From the NCBI RefSeq assembly GCF_048403405.1, contig NZ_CP183129.1: a stretch of 64,000 nucleotides of DNA; one strand, given 5' to 3'. Under the pieces are notes generated by a model. The model made no database searches, was not told the DNA's origin, and worked only from the letters and a program-made list of their open reading frames with translations. Shown here one piece after another: positions 17,139 through 29,554 of the stretch. The stretch comes from Escherichia coli (GTDB lineage Bacteria; Pseudomonadota; Gammaproteobacteria; Enterobacterales; Enterobacteriaceae). Position numbers and translations under genes: made by a program. Position 1 is the stretch's first letter, and every line of letters begins with the position of its first letter.

Positions 17139-17972
17139 ATGCAGCGCTTATTTCTTTTGGTTGCCGTCATGTTACTGAGCGGATGCTTAACCGCCCCGCC
17201 TAAAGAAGCCGCCAGACCGACATTAATGCCTCGTGCTCAGAGCTACAAAGATTTGACCCATCTGCCAGCGCCGACGGGTAAGATCTTTGTTTCGGTATAC
17301 AACATTCAGGACGAAACCGGGCAATTTAAACCTTACCCGGCAAGTAACTTCTCCACTGCTGTTCCGCAAAGCGCCACGGCAATGCTGGTCACGGCATTGA
17401 AAGATTCTCGCTGGTTTATACCGCTGGAGCGCCAGGGCTTACAAAACCTGCTTAACGAGCGCAAGATTATTCGTGCGGCACAAGAAAACGGTACGGTTGC
17501 CATTAATAACCGAATCCCGCTGCAGTCTTTAACGGCGGCAAATATCATGGTTGAAGGTTCAATTATCGGTTATGAAAGCAACGTCAAATCGGGCGGTGTT
17601 GGGGCAAGATATTTTGGGATCGGTGCAGACACGCAATACCAGCTTGATCAGATTGCCGTGAACCTGCGTGTCGTCAATGTGAGTACCGGTGAGATCCTCT
17701 CCTCGGTGAACACCAGTAAGACGATACTTTCCTATGAAGTTCAGGCGGGGGTCTTCCGCTTTATTGACTACCAGCGCTTGCTGGAAGGGGAAGTGGGTTA
17801 CACCTCGAACGAACCCGTGATGCTGTGCCTGATGTCGGCTATCGAAACAGGCGTCATTTTCCTGATTAATGATGGTATCGACCGCGGTCTTTGGGATTTG
17901 CAAAATAAAGCAGAACGGCAGAATGACATTCTGGTGAAATACCGCCATATGTCGGTTCCACCGGAATCCTGA
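17139..17972 (+). CDS. csgG: Curli secretion channel lipoprotein CsgG, 277 aa
   Basis: 277-aa ORF with lipobox LLSGC. Confidence 0.95.
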   Translation: MQRLFLLVAVMLLSGCLTAPPKEAARPTLMPRAQSYKDLTHLPAPTGKIFVSVYNIQDETGQFKPYPASNFSTAVPQSATAMLVTALKDSRWFIPLERQGLQNLLNERKIIRAAQENGTVAINNRIPLQSLTAANIMVEGSIIGYESNVKSGGVGARYFGIGADTQYQLDQIAVNLRVVNVSTGEILSSVNTSKTILSYEVQAGVFRFIDYQRLLEGEVGYTSNEPVMLCLMSAIETGVIFLINDGIDRGLWDLQNKAERQNDILVKYRHMSVPPES

Positions 17973-17981
17973 TAGATAAAA

Positions 17982-18012
17982 ATGCCGGAATTAATAATCC
18001 GGCATTTTACTG
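17982..18012 (+). terminator. Intrinsic terminator after csgG (atgccggaatt...aatccggcat + ttt)
   Basis: Inverted repeat followed by T-rich tract, 10 bp after csgG stop. Confidence 0.55.
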
Positions 18013-18036
18013 TTTAAGCGAAAGCGTGAGTGCCCC

Positions 18037-18528
18037 TCACGCTTTATTTTTGATTTGCTGCTCACGGTGAGCGATCTTCGTACTACGCGCCGCCAGCCAC
18101 AGGCCGCTGTTTTTCATTGCGTAACCAAATATCAACCCGAGCGCCAGCGAAGGTAACACCAGTTTCCAGTCACCCTGCCCGGCAAACGTCGCGCATGCGC
18201 CTATAAACGTTCCCGGAACAAATGAAAGCAGCAGCTGTTTGGCCTGAATACACATCAGAAACGCGACAATACCGGTTATGACATAACCGAGAATTTCCAG
18301 ATGTGGTGCCAGTGCACTACCGTAAATAATGACCATCGCCCACACCACGCCACTAAGCAGGGTTGCAGCGGAGATCGCCAGCCCTTTCAGCCCACCTTGC
18401 GGGCAGGCAAAGTAGGCCGTACAGCCCAGGAAGCCCGCCCAGCTTAGTAAGCCCAGGGAAACAGCCACCCATCCCCAGATACCGGAGAGAATGCCTGTTG
18501 TGATTGCAATAGAGAGAAGTATGTTCAT
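18037..18528 (-). CDS. ycdZ: Inner membrane protein YcdZ (DUF1097), 163 aa
   Basis: Track ORF 179 aa; start at MNILLSIAITTGILSG gives 163 aa; hydrophobic. Confidence 0.85.
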   Translation of the reverse strand: MNILLSIAITTGILSGIWGWVAVSLGLLSWAGFLGCTAYFACPQGGLKGLAISAATLLSGVVWAMVIIYGSALAPHLEILGYVITGIVAFLMCIQAKQLLLSFVPGTFIGACATFAGQGDWKLVLPSLALGLIFGYAMKNSGLWLAARSTKIAHREQQIKNKA

Positions 18529-18629
18529 GCCGCGCATGATAGCAGAAAACGCGGCCATGAATGAGATCGAGCACACATTTTATGCAACGGCAAATTATCT
18601 GTTGCAGTTATGAGTGATGCAGATCACAT

Positions 18630-19184
18630 TTACTCTTCAGAATCTTCTTCCAGCTCGTCCCACATTGCACTAATGGCATCGCGGGTTAGCGGTGCCATGG
18701 TGCGCCAGAAAGGCGTGGTTGCATGAGCCTCCACTTTGCCGAGGAACGCACCACACCAGGGTAACAGATACTCACTGAACAGTGTTTCCAGTGCTTCGCT
18801 CTCATCTTCCGTTGACTGATCTTCCAGCCAGGAAGCCGCGAGCAGCAATGTGCCGATGTGATCGGCTGGCGTATCCGCTAATGGCATCCCCCGTTCGGAA
18901 AGAAAAGCGCGCACTTCCGCTTCCGTCGCGCCCTCAACCCATGCGCTACGATATGGCGGCACAGCACATTCATCGCCGATAAACAACGCATTGTAATCGG
19001 CAGAGACTTGCGTCATATCACAGCTTTTCTGCAAACGTGTCAGCAACTCATCCTGCTCCAGTGGCCAGTTCGCAGCCAGTTTCCCCTCACGAATCAGGGT
19101 AAACAGCGGCACCAGTAAAGGATCTTGTGGTTGGCGGTAATAGAGCGAACCCAGCACACGACAGAGGATAGAAAACTCGTTCAT
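18630..19184 (-). CDS. ycdY: TorD-family redox enzyme maturation chaperone YcdY, 184 aa
   Basis: 184-aa ORF matching recalled YcdY; adjacent to ycdX. Confidence 0.88.
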   Translation of the reverse strand: MNEFSILCRVLGSLYYRQPQDPLLVPLFTLIREGKLAANWPLEQDELLTRLQKSCDMTQVSADYNALFIGDECAVPPYRSAWVEGATEAEVRAFLSERGMPLADTPADHIGTLLLAASWLEDQSTEDESEALETLFSEYLLPWCGAFLGKVEAHATTPFWRTMAPLTRDAISAMWDELEEDSEE

Positions 19185-19207
19185 TAATATATTTCCATTA
19201 CTAGTAA

Positions 19208-19945
19208 TTAAAGGTCTGCAAATTCCGCAATCGGTGCCATACCGCGAGATTCAAGGAAGTTCAGTAAGCGGCGCGGAGAAACATTCAAAATGCGCTCTGG
19301 CGGAAAATCTACCGCGTCGAGGATTTTAAGACACTCTTCAAATTCACCCATGGTAAACGCGGTGTGAGAATCCGAGCCTAATGCCACCCAACCTCCAGCG
19401 TCACGTACCGCTGCGGCTACCGCACGACAATTGTCTTCACTTCCCTTACGTGAGTGTAAAAAAGAGGAATTATTGATTTCCAGCGCCACCTGATGTTTCG
19501 CGGCTGCTTCAGCAACGGCTTTAACATCTATTTCATATTTCGGATTTCCGGGATGGCTTATTATATGCACATTGCCGCTGGCGATAGTGGCGATCATCGC
19601 TTGCGTATTGGTCGCTTTGTCATGTGGCGCAAAAACCGGCTCATGAAAACCGGCAATAATCAGATCCAGCGAATCAAACATTTTGCCGCTGCAATCAATT
19701 TCACCATCAACATTTTTAATGTTAGCTTCGATGCCGCGCAGGATCCCTACCCCATCAACCACTCGCGGCCAGATACGCATGTTAATGAAGTGCCAGTGAT
19801 GAGGCGCATCTTCCATATCCGGGCCATGATCGGTGATAGCAAAAAGTTTAATGCCCTTTTGTTTGGCCTGGGCAATGTAATCACTCAATGTGCTATATGC
19901 ATGCGTGCTGGCAACGGTATGCATATGAAGGTCGACGGGATACAT
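19208..19945 (-). CDS. ycdX: PHP-family zinc phosphatase YcdX, 245 aa
   Basis: Starts [14 protein letters not shown] (PHP-domain His motif); 245 aa. Confidence 0.9.
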
Positions 19946-19999
19946 AACTCTCTCCTGTATTCAATTCCCGCCAAGGATAGCAGGAAACCAGATGCTTTA

Positions 20000-20977
<978 letters not shown>

Positions 20978-21171
20978 TTATCGTTATGATCTACAAAAGC
21001 CACCAGCATAACAAATCCGTGGTCGGTGGCAAAAAAAGCAGATTTCGCTTATTAAAACTGCACATTGATTGAAGTTTGAATAAACGCGCGATTTTTTAAA
21101 AAAGTTTGTTGACCTCAGGTCATGATTTCCCTAAATTAGCGCCCGTTCCAGCAAGACAGGAACGACAATTT

Positions 21172-21259
21172 GGTGAGGTGTCCGAGTGGCTGAAGGAGCA
21201 CGCCTGGAAAGTGTGTATACGGCAACGTATCGGGGGTTCGAATCCCCCCCTCACCGCCA
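21172..21259 (+). tRNA. serX: tRNA-Ser (anticodon GGA), 88 nt with long variable arm
   Basis: GGTGAGGTGTCCGAGTGGCTGAAGGAGCACGCCTGGAAAGTG...GGTTCGAATCCCCCCCTCACCGCCA; cloverleaf with GGA anticodon and 3' CCA. Confidence 0.93.
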
Positions 21260-21267
21260 TATTTAAA

Positions 21268-21302
21268 GAAGAGCTCGTACGAAAGTACGAGCTTTTTTTT
21301 CG
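21268..21302 (+). terminator. Intrinsic terminator after serX (gagctcgtac-gaaa-gtacgagctc + T8)
   Basis: Perfect 10-bp stem, GAAA tetraloop, eight T residues. Confidence 0.85.
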
Positions 21303-21363
21303 TATATTGCATAGACCGGGGGGATGAGAAGCCCCAGGCGGAGGTCGACAACTAGCGACAGAC

Positions 21364-22731
21364 TCATTCATCATCCTTGCGGTTGATAAGAATTTCTGCC
21401 TCTTTTACTACCACCTTATTACGCCCGGTCTCTTTCGCCTCGTAAAGTGCGTTATCAGCCAGTTGATAGATCTCCTTAGGGTTTAACTCATTTTTCTGCG
21501 TTACAACAGCGCCAATACTAATCGTCACTTTTTGTGGTATGGCGTATTCAGGATTATCACCAGTTAAACGCTCAACATTTTCCCGAATCCTTTCCGCTAA
21601 AGCTTTCGCACGTTCAGTATCGATGTCCGTCAGCAAGACGCCAAACTCTTCGCCGCCGACGCGCGCAAAAAGGTCATCTGGCCGTATGCTTTTCCCAATT
21701 ATACTCACCACTGTTTTTATCACCTGATCGCCAACCGGATGCCCCCAGGTGTCGTTGACTTTTTTGAAGTGGTCGATATCCATAATCATGACGCAATAAG
21801 GCGTTTTTTTGGCCGATGCTGATTGAACTGTCAGTTCATTAAAAAAATAATTTCTGTTAAATATATTGGTTAAGGAATCGCGATGTGCAATGTCCTTTGT
21901 TACTCGTAGCGCACTGAATATATGGCACATAAATATTACCATAACGGTTAACTTACTGACTACTTCAATAGTGCGACTAATATACCAAATGGACACGCTA
22001 TACCTGCTCATAAATAAAAGAGAGACATTGTACAGTACGGCACAAAAAGCAATCACCGTCACTCCATTCCAGATATCACAGCGTAAACCATTAAAGTATA
22101 GATTAACTGAAAGCAAGGTTAACCACATGAAAATCATTATGGTAACATATGATGTTTTCCAAACCACCTGATCATTTTCATTGGTTAACTCGGCAATGTG
22201 TAAATTGTAGCTCTCATAATGACTAGAAAGTATGTGAGCAACTATCGGCCCCCCAACAACAAAAAACAAACTTATGCACAAAGTCATTTTTTTGGAAAAT
22301 AAATTGCGCTGTTTTGTGTTTTCACTAACTTTATTCACCAATGCCAGAAATATTAATATGCACAAACTCATCTGACGAAACAAATAATAGATTGCAATGT
22401 CATTTTGAACAACACTGCTTGTCAAACGCCCCTCAATAATTTGCTGAATGATAATGACGGTTTTAACAAAGTAAATCAAACAACTCAGAAAAGCCAAACT
22501 AAGTATACAGTTTGAAAATTGCCTACGGTCATAAATGAAATACAACTGCATAAAAATAAATGCAACAGTATCGATAAAAAATAAAGCAATCATTACCATC
22601 AGATAGGTTGATCGTGGAACAACTTCCTCAACGCCTGGCTGATTAAACCAACTATTCACCAAAACCAAAGCAAGCCCAAACAATAAGCTCACTAATACAG
22701 TACTACTAATTCTCAAATAGTCTTTTTCCAT
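21364..22731 (-). CDS. dgcT: Diguanylate cyclase DgcT (YcdT): N-terminal membrane sensor domain plus GGDEF domain
   Basis: GGEEF active-site motif (RVGGEEFGVLL); N-terminal multi-TMS region; start taken at MEKDYLRISS; divergent from pgaA. Confidence 0.88.
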   Translation of the reverse strand: MEKDYLRISSTVLVSLLFGLALVLVNSWFNQPGVEEVVPRSTYLMVMIALFFIDTVAFIFMQLYFIYDRRQFSNCILSLAFLSCLIYFVKTVIIIQQIIEGRLTSSVVQNDIAIYYLFRQMSLCILIFLALVNKVSENTKQRNLFSKKMTLCISLFFVVGGPIVAHILSSHYESYNLHIAELTNENDQVVWKTSYVTIMIFMWLTLLSVNLYFNGLRCDIWNGVTVIAFCAVLYNVSLLFMSRYSVSIWYISRTIEVVSKLTVMVIFMCHIFSALRVTKDIAHRDSLTNIFNRNYFFNELTVQSASAKKTPYCVMIMDIDHFKKVNDTWGHPVGDQVIKTVVSIIGKSIRPDDLFARVGGEEFGVLLTDIDTERAKALAERIRENVERLTGDNPEYAIPQKVTISIGAVVTQKNELNPKEIYQLADNALYEAKETGRNKVVVKEAEILINRKDDE

Positions 22732-23079
22732 AAAGCTACACCAATCTGTAGGTTGTAGATCCCTTTCTATTATTAATAGATATAAGAACTGTACTGTTGT
22801 CAATATGAAATTCCGCCCACAAACAATACCGATGATGATAGTTGCATACCGCAATTATTATTGCCTTAGTGCTTTATACATTCTTCGCGACAAGACAGGC
22901 TTGCAAATACATATAAATGGTTATAAGGAAATCCTTATAAAACATTAATTCATAGATATATTAGGAATAACAATTGAATCCGTGAGTACAGTAACGCTGC
23001 ACTTCATCAGGACTTTCGAAAAATCCGATATCATGCATCGGAATTTACTGATTTAATTATTTTAATCCTAATTTATTTT

Positions 23080-23321
23080 GAAAAAGGCATTGGGATTTAT
23101 GCCGTATTCCTGAAGTTCCTCATCATTGGAATGGATTTTCAGGCGAGAAAAGGATTTTATATGGATACTCTACTCATCATTTCTTCTTCTCATCATCAAC
23201 AATTCACGTCTCTCTTCCGCGTTTAATAACGGATTATGATGTGCAAAAAAAATATCTTTCGTTTCAGTTACCTGTAATTAGATACAGAGAGAGATTTTGG
23301 CAATACATGGAGTAATACAGG
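23080..23321 (+). promoter_or_regulatory. pgaA 5' leader with multiple GGA motifs (candidate CsrA binding sites)
   Basis: Several GGA-containing motifs incl. one overlapping the SD (caggatg) seen in sequence; the pgaA leader is an established CsrA target. Confidence 0.55.
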
Positions 23322-25745
23322 ATGTATTCAAGTAGCAGAAAAAGGTGCCCGAAAACCAAATGGGCTTTGAAAATTCTTACTGCCGCATTTTTAGCAGCGA
23401 GTCCCGCGGCGAAGAGTGCTGCTAATAATGCCTATGATGCATTGATTATCGAAGCTCGCAAGGGAAATACTCAGCCAGCTTTGTTATGGTTTGCACAAAA
23501 ATCAGCACTCAGTAATAACCAAATTGCTGACTGGTTACAGATTGCCTTATGGGCCGGGCAAGATAAACAGGTTATTACCGTTTACAACCGCTACCGTCAT
23601 CAGCAATTACCAGCGCGTGGTTATGCAGCTGTCGCCGTCGCTTATCGTAACCTGCAACAATGGCAAAACTCGCTTACACTGTGGCAAAAGGCACTCTCTC
23701 TGGAGTCGCAAAATAAGGATTATCAACGGGGACAAATTTTAACCCTGGCAGATGCGGGTCACTATGATTCTGCGCTGGTTAAACTTAAGCAGCTTAACTC
23801 TGGAGCACCGGACAAAGCTAATTTACTCGCAGAAGCCTATATCTATAAACTGGCGGGGCGGCATGAGGATGAATTACGGGCGATGACAGGGTCATTACCT
23901 GAAAATGCCTTAACGCAACAATATCCCACAGAATACGTGCAGGCATTACGGAATAATCAACTTGCTGCCGCGATTGACGATGCCAATTTAACGCCAGATA
24001 TTCGCGCTGATATTCATGCCGAACTGGTCAGACTGTCGTTTATGCCTACGCGCAGTGAAAGTGAACGTTATGCCATTGCCGATCGCGCCCTCGCCCAATA
24101 CGCTGCATTAGAAATTCTGTGGCATGATAACCCTGACCGCACTGCCCAGTACCAGCGTATTCAGGTTGATCATCTTGGCGCGTTATTAACTCGCGATCGT
24201 TATAAAGACGTTATTTCTCACTATCAGCGTTTAAAAAAGACGGGGCAAATTATTCCGCCCTGGGCGCAATATTGGGTTGCGTCGGCTTATCTCAAAGAAC
24301 ATCAGCCAAAAAAAGCACAGTCAATAATGACAGAGCTCTTTTATCACAAGGAGACCATTGCCCCGGATTTATCCGATGAAGAACTTGCGGATCTCTTTTA
24401 CAGCCACCTGGAGAGTGAAAATTATCCCGGCGCGCTAACTGTCACCCAACATACCATTAATACTTCGCCGCCTTTCCTTCGGTTAATGGGCACGCCTACG
24501 AGCATCCCGAATGATACCTGGTTACAGGGGCATTCGTTTCTCTCAACCGTAGCTAAATATAGTAATGATCTTCCTCAGGCTGAAATGACAGCCAGAGAGC
24601 TTGCTTATAACGCACCAGGAAATCAGGGACTGCGCATTGATTACGCGAGTGTGTTACAAGCCCGCGGTTGGCCTCGTGCGGCAGAAAATGAATTAAAAAA
24701 AGCAGAAGTGATCGAGCCACGTAATATTAATCTGGAGGTTGAACAAGCCTGGACAGCATTAACGTTACAAGAATGGCAGCAGGCAGCGGTCTTAACGCAC
24801 GATGTTGTCGAACGTGAACCGCAAGATCCCGGCGTTGTACGTTTAAAACGTGCGGTTGATGTACATAATCTTGCAGAGCTTCGTATCGCTGGCTCAACAG
24901 GAATTGATGCCGAAGGTCCGGATAGTGGCAAACATGATGTCGACTTAACCACCATCGTTTATTCACCACCGCTGAATGATAACTGGCGCGGTTTTGCTGG
25001 ATTCGGTTATGCCGATGGACAATTTAGCGAAGGAAAAGGGATTATTCGCGACTGGCTTGCGGGTGTTGAGTGGCGGTCACGTAATATCTGGCTTGAGGCG
25101 GAGTACACCGAACGCTTTTTCAATCATGAGCATAAACCCGGCGCGCGCCTGTCTGGCTGGTATGATTTTAATGATAACTGGCGTATTGGTTCGCAACTGG
25201 AACGCCTCTCTCACCGCGTTCCATTACGGGCAATGAAAAATGGTGTTACAGGCAACAGTGCACAGGCTTATGTTCGCTGGTATCAAAATGAGCGGCGTAA
25301 GTACGGTGTCTCTTGGGCTTTCACTGATTTTTCTGACAGTAATCAGCGTCATGAAGTCTCACTTGAGGGTCAGGAACGCATCTGGTCTTCACCATATTTG
25401 ATTGTCGATTTCCTCCCCAATCTGTATTACGAACAAAATACAGAACACGACACCCCATACTACAACCCTATAAAAATGTTCGATATTGTTCCGGCATTTG
25501 AGGCAAGTCATTTGTTATGGCGAAGCTATGAAAATAGCTGGGAGCAAATATTCAGCGCAGGTGTTGGTGCCTCCTGGCAAAAACATTATGGCACGGATGT
25601 CGTCACCCAACTCGGCTACGGGCAACGCATTAGCTGGAATGACGTGATTGATGCTGGCGCAACGCTACGCTGGGAAAAACGACCTTATGACGGTGACAGA
25701 GAACACAACTTATACGTTGAATTCGATATGACATTCAGATTTTAA
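23322..25745 (+). CDS. pgaA: PGA (poly-beta-1,6-GlcNAc) outer-membrane export porin PgaA, 807 aa
   Basis: 807-aa ORF with signal peptide, TPR-like N-domain and C-terminal beta-barrel ending ...YVEFDMTFRF. Confidence 0.95.
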   Translation: MYSSSRKRCPKTKWALKILTAAFLAASPAAKSAANNAYDALIIEARKGNTQPALLWFAQKSALSNNQIADWLQIALWAGQDKQVITVYNRYRHQQLPARGYAAVAVAYRNLQQWQNSLTLWQKALSLESQNKDYQRGQILTLADAGHYDSALVKLKQLNSGAPDKANLLAEAYIYKLAGRHEDELRAMTGSLPENALTQQYPTEYVQALRNNQLAAAIDDANLTPDIRADIHAELVRLSFMPTRSESERYAIADRALAQYAALEILWHDNPDRTAQYQRIQVDHLGALLTRDRYKDVISHYQRLKKTGQIIPPWAQYWVASAYLKEHQPKKAQSIMTELFYHKETIAPDLSDEELADLFYSHLESENYPGALTVTQHTINTSPPFLRLMGTPTSIPNDTWLQGHSFLSTVAKYSNDLPQAEMTARELAYNAPGNQGLRIDYASVLQARGWPRAAENELKKAEVIEPRNINLEVEQAWTALTLQEWQQAAVLTHDVVEREPQDPGVVRLKRAVDVHNLAELRIAGSTGIDAEGPDSGKHDVDLTTIVYSPPLNDNWRGFAGFGYADGQFSEGKGIIRDWLAGVEWRSRNIWLEAEYTERFFNHEHKPGARLSGWYDFNDNWRIGSQLERLSHRVPLRAMKNGVTGNSAQAYVRWYQNERRKYGVSWAFTDFSDSNQRHEVSLEGQERIWSSPYLIVDFLPNLYYEQNTEHDTPYYNPIKMFDIVPAFEASHLLWRSYENSWEQIFSAGVGASWQKHYGTDVVTQLGYGQRISWNDVIDAGATLRWEKRPYDGDREHNLYVEFDMTFRF

Positions 25746-25753
25746 GGATAAAT

Positions 25754-27772
25754 ATGTTACGTAATGGAAATAAATATCTCCTGATGCTGGTGAGTATAAT
25801 TATGCTCACTGCGTGCATTAGCCAGTCAAGAACATCATTTATACCGCCACAGGATCGCGAATCTTTACTCGCCGAGCAACCGTGGCCGCATAATGGTTTT
25901 GTGGCGATTTCATGGCATAACGTTGAAGACGAAGCTGCCGACCAGCGTTTTATGTCAGTGCGGACATCAGCACTGCGTGAACAATTTGCCTGGCTGCGCG
26001 AGAACGGTTATCAACCGGTCAGTATTGCTCAAATTCGTGAAGCACATCGAGGAGGAAAACCGCTACCGGAAAAAGCAGTAGTGCTGACTTTTGATGACGG
26101 CTACCAGAGTTTTTATACCCGCGTCTTCCCAATTCTTCAGGCCTTCCAGTGGCCTGCTGTATGGGCCCCCGTCGGCAGTTGGGTCGATACGCCAGCGGAT
26201 GAACAAGTAAAATTTGGCGATGAGATGGTCGATCGAGAATATTTTGCCACGTGGCAACAAGTGCGAGAAGTTGCGCGTTCCCGGCTCGTTGAGGTCGCTT
26301 CTCATACATGGAATTCTCACTACGGTATTCAGGCTAATGCCACCGGCAGCTTATTGCCTGTATATGTAAATCGTGCATATTTTACTGACCACGCACGGTA
26401 TGAAACCGCAGCAGAATACCGGGAAAGAATTCGTCTGGATGCTGTAAAAATGACGGAATACCTGCGTACAAAGGCTAAGGTAAATCCACACGTTTTTGTT
26501 TGGCCTTATGGCGAAGCGAATGGCATAGCGATAGAGGAATTAAAAAAACTCGGTTATGACATGTTCTTCACCCTTGAATCAGGTTTGGCAAATGCGTCAC
26601 AATTGGATTCCATTCCGCGAGTATTAATCGCCAATAATCCCTCATTAAAAGAGTTTGCCCAGCAAATTATTACCGTACAGGAAAAATCACCACAACGGAT
26701 AATGCATATCGATCTTGATTACGTTTATGACGAAAACCGCCAGCAAATGGATCGCAATATTGATGTGCTAATTCAGCGGGTGAAAGATATGCAAATATCA
26801 ACCGTGTATTTGCAGGCATTTGCTGATCCCGATGGTGATGGGCTGGTCAAAGAGGTCTGGTTTCCAAATCGTTTGCTACCAATGAAAGCAGATATTTTTA
26901 GTCGGGTTGCCTGGCAATTACGTACCCGCTCAGGTGTAAACATCTATGCGTGGATGCCGGTATTAAGCTGGGATTTAGATCCCACATTAACGCGAGTAAA
27001 ATACTTACCGACTGGGGAGAAAAAAGCACAAATTCATCCTGAACAATATCGCCGTCTCTCTCCTTTCGATGACAGAGTCAGAGCACAAGTTGGCATGTTA
27101 TATGAAGATCTTGCCGGACATGCTGCTTTTGATGGCATATTGTTCCACGATGATGCTTTGCTTTCAGATTATGAAGATGCCAGTGCACCGGCTATCACGG
27201 CTTATCAGCAAGCAGGCTTTAGCGGGAGTCTGAGCGAAATTCGACAAAACCCGGAGCAATTTAAACAGTGGACCCGCTTTAAAAGTCGTGCGTTAACTGA
27301 CTTCACTTTAGAACTTAGTGCGCGCGTAAAAGCCATTCGCGGTCCACATGTTAAAACTGCACGAAATATTTTTGCACTTCCGGTAATACAACCTGAAAGT
27401 GAAGCCTGGTTTGCACAGAATTATGCTGATTTCCTAAAAAGCTATGACTGGACCGCTATTATGGCTATGCCTTATATGGAAGGTGTCGCAGAAAAATCGG
27501 CTGACCAATGGTTAATACAATTGACCAATCAAATTAAAAACATCCCTCAGGCTAAAGACAAATCTATTTTAGAATTACAGGCACAAAACTGGCAGAAAAA
27601 TGGTCAGCATCAGGCTATTTCTTCGCAACAACTCGCTCACTGGATGAGCCTATTACAACTGAATGGAGGGAAAAACTATGGTTATTATCCCGACAATTTT
27701 CTGCATAACCAACCTGAAATAGACGTTATTCGTCCTGAGTTTTCAACAGCCTGGTATCCGAAAAATGATTAA
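25754..27772 (+). CDS. pgaB: PGA N-deacetylase lipoprotein PgaB, 672 aa
   Basis: 672-aa ORF with lipobox LTAC and polysaccharide deacetylase motifs (TFDDGY). Confidence 0.95.
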   Translation: MLRNGNKYLLMLVSIIMLTACISQSRTSFIPPQDRESLLAEQPWPHNGFVAISWHNVEDEAADQRFMSVRTSALREQFAWLRENGYQPVSIAQIREAHRGGKPLPEKAVVLTFDDGYQSFYTRVFPILQAFQWPAVWAPVGSWVDTPADEQVKFGDEMVDREYFATWQQVREVARSRLVEVASHTWNSHYGIQANATGSLLPVYVNRAYFTDHARYETAAEYRERIRLDAVKMTEYLRTKAKVNPHVFVWPYGEANGIAIEELKKLGYDMFFTLESGLANASQLDSIPRVLIANNPSLKEFAQQIITVQEKSPQRIMHIDLDYVYDENRQQMDRNIDVLIQRVKDMQISTVYLQAFADPDGDGLVKEVWFPNRLLPMKADIFSRVAWQLRTRSGVNIYAWMPVLSWDLDPTLTRVKYLPTGEKKAQIHPEQYRRLSPFDDRVRAQVGMLYEDLAGHAAFDGILFHDDALLSDYEDASAPAITAYQQAGFSGSLSEIRQNPEQFKQWTRFKSRALTDFTLELSARVKAIRGPHVKTARNIFALPVIQPESEAWFAQNYADFLKSYDWTAIMAMPYMEGVAEKSADQWLIQLTNQIKNIPQAKDKSILELQAQNWQKNGQHQAISSQQLAHWMSLLQLNGGKNYGYYPDNFLHNQPEIDVIRPEFSTAWYPKND

Positions 27773-29090
27773 TCGCATCGTATCGTTTTTTATATTATGT
27801 CTGGTGTTATGCATCCCCCTATGCGTAGCGTACTTTCACTCTGGTGAACTGATGATGAGGTTCGTTTTCTTCTGGCCGTTTTTTATGTCTATTATGTGGA
27901 TTGTTGGCGGCGTCTATTTCTGGGTCTATCGTGAACGCCACTGGCCGTGGGGAGAAAACGCACCAGCCCCCCAGTTGAAAGATAATCCGTCTATCTCCAT
28001 TATCATTCCCTGTTTTAATGAGGAGAAAAACGTTGAGGAAACCATACACGCCGCTTTAGCACAGCGTTATGAGAACATTGAAGTTATTGCCGTAAATGAC
28101 GGTTCAACAGACAAAACCCGTGCCATCCTGGATCGCATGGCTGCACAAATTCCCCACCTGCGGGTCATTCATCTGGCGCAAAACCAGGGGAAAGCCATTG
28201 CGCTTAAAACCGGAGCTGCCGCGGCGAAAAGTGAATATCTGGTGTGCATTGATGGCGATGCGTTATTAGACCGCGATGCGGCGGCATATATTGTGGAACC
28301 GATGTTGTACAACCCGCGTGTGGGTGCCGTAACCGGTAATCCTCGTATTCGAACACGTTCTACCCTGGTGGGTAAAATTCAGGTTGGCGAGTATTCCTCA
28401 ATTATTGGTTTGATCAAGCGAACCCAGCGTATCTATGGAAACGTATTTACCGTTTCCGGTGTTATTGCCGCATTTCGTCGCAGCGCCCTGGCAGAAGTGG
28501 GTTACTGGAGTGACGATATGATCACCGAAGATATTGATATTAGCTGGAAGCTGCAGTTGAATCAGTGGGCGATTTTTTACGAGCCACGGGCGCTGTGCTG
28601 GATATTAATGCCTGAAACGTTAAAAGGGCTGTGGAAACAGCGCCTGCGCTGGGCTCAGGGCGGTGCAGAAGTATTCCTCAAAAATATGACAAGGTTGTGG
28701 CGCAAAGAAAACTTTCGAATGTGGCCGCTGTTTTTTGAATACTGCCTGACGACAATATGGGCCTTCACTTGCCTGGTCGGTTTCATTATTTACGCAGTCC
28801 AACTTGCCGGTGTACCGTTAAATATTGAATTGACACATATCGCTGCGACACATACTGCCGGAATATTATTGTGTACGTTATGTTTACTGCAATTTATTGT
28901 CAGCCTGATGATCGAGAATCGCTATGAGCATAATCTGACTTCATCGCTTTTCTGGATTATTTGGTTCCCGGTTATTTTCTGGATGCTGAGTCTGGCAACG
29001 ACATTGGTATCATTTACACGAGTCATGTTGATGCCTAAAAAGCAACGCGCCCGTTGGGTAAGTCCCGATCGCGGGATTCTGAGAGGTTAA
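27765..29090 (+). CDS. pgaC: PGA synthase glycosyltransferase PgaC (GT2), 441 aa
   Basis: GT2 motifs incl. DGD and QRLRW (QxxRW); overlaps pgaB by 8 bp. Confidence 0.95.
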   Translation: MINRIVSFFILCLVLCIPLCVAYFHSGELMMRFVFFWPFFMSIMWIVGGVYFWVYRERHWPWGENAPAPQLKDNPSISIIIPCFNEEKNVEETIHAALAQRYENIEVIAVNDGSTDKTRAILDRMAAQIPHLRVIHLAQNQGKAIALKTGAAAAKSEYLVCIDGDALLDRDAAAYIVEPMLYNPRVGAVTGNPRIRTRSTLVGKIQVGEYSSIIGLIKRTQRIYGNVFTVSGVIAAFRRSALAEVGYWSDDMITEDIDISWKLQLNQWAIFYEPRALCWILMPETLKGLWKQRLRWAQGGAEVFLKNMTRLWRKENFRMWPLFFEYCLTTIWAFTCLVGFIIYAVQLAGVPLNIELTHIAATHTAGILLCTLCLLQFIVSLMIENRYEHNLTSSLFWIIWFPVIFWMLSLATTLVSFTRVMLMPKKQRARWVSPDRGILRG

Positions 29091-29091
29091 T

Positions 29092-29505
29092 ATGAACAAT
29101 TTAATTATTACGACCCGACAATCGCCAGTACGTTTAATGGTTGATTATGTTGCCACAACCATCTTATGGACATTATTTGCTTTGTTCATATTCTTATTCG
29201 CAATGGATCTGCTGACGGGTTATTACTGGCAAAGCGAGGCCAGAAGCCGACTTCAGTTCTATTTTTTGCTGGCAGTGGCGAATGCCGTCGTGTTAATTGT
29301 CTGGGCGCTGTACAATAAGCTACGTTTTCAAAAACAGCAGCATCATGCAGCCTACCAATATACGCCGCAAGAATATGCTGAGAGCTTAGCAATACCTGAT
29401 GAGCTCTATCAGCAACTACAAAAAAGCCACAGGATGAGCGTACACTTCACCAGCCAGGGGCAAATAAAAATGGTGGTTTCAGAAAAAGCGCTAGTCCGGG
29501 CGTAA
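29092..29505 (+). CDS. pgaD: PGA synthesis protein PgaD, 137 aa
   Basis: 137-aa two-TMS ORF immediately after pgaC. Confidence 0.92.
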   Translation: MNNLIITTRQSPVRLMVDYVATTILWTLFALFIFLFAMDLLTGYYWQSEARSRLQFYFLLAVANAVVLIVWALYNKLRFQKQQHHAAYQYTPQEYAESLAIPDELYQQLQKSHRMSVHFTSQGQIKMVVSEKALVRA

Positions 29506-29518
29506 ACACCCAAAACAA

Positions 29519-29538
29519 AGCCCGGTTCGCCCGGGCTC
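29519..29538. terminator. Hairpin (agcccgg-ttcg-cccgggct) between convergent pgaD and phoH
   Basis: GC stem; T-run only on minus strand side (tttgttttg), so mainly a phoH terminator. Confidence 0.5.
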
Positions 29539-29554
29539 TGCGCCGATAATACAC

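Noticed and set aside
21106-21374. Three small ORFs (73, 84, 71 aa) overlapping serX
   Set aside because: They overlap a clear tRNA-Ser and its terminator; translation artefacts
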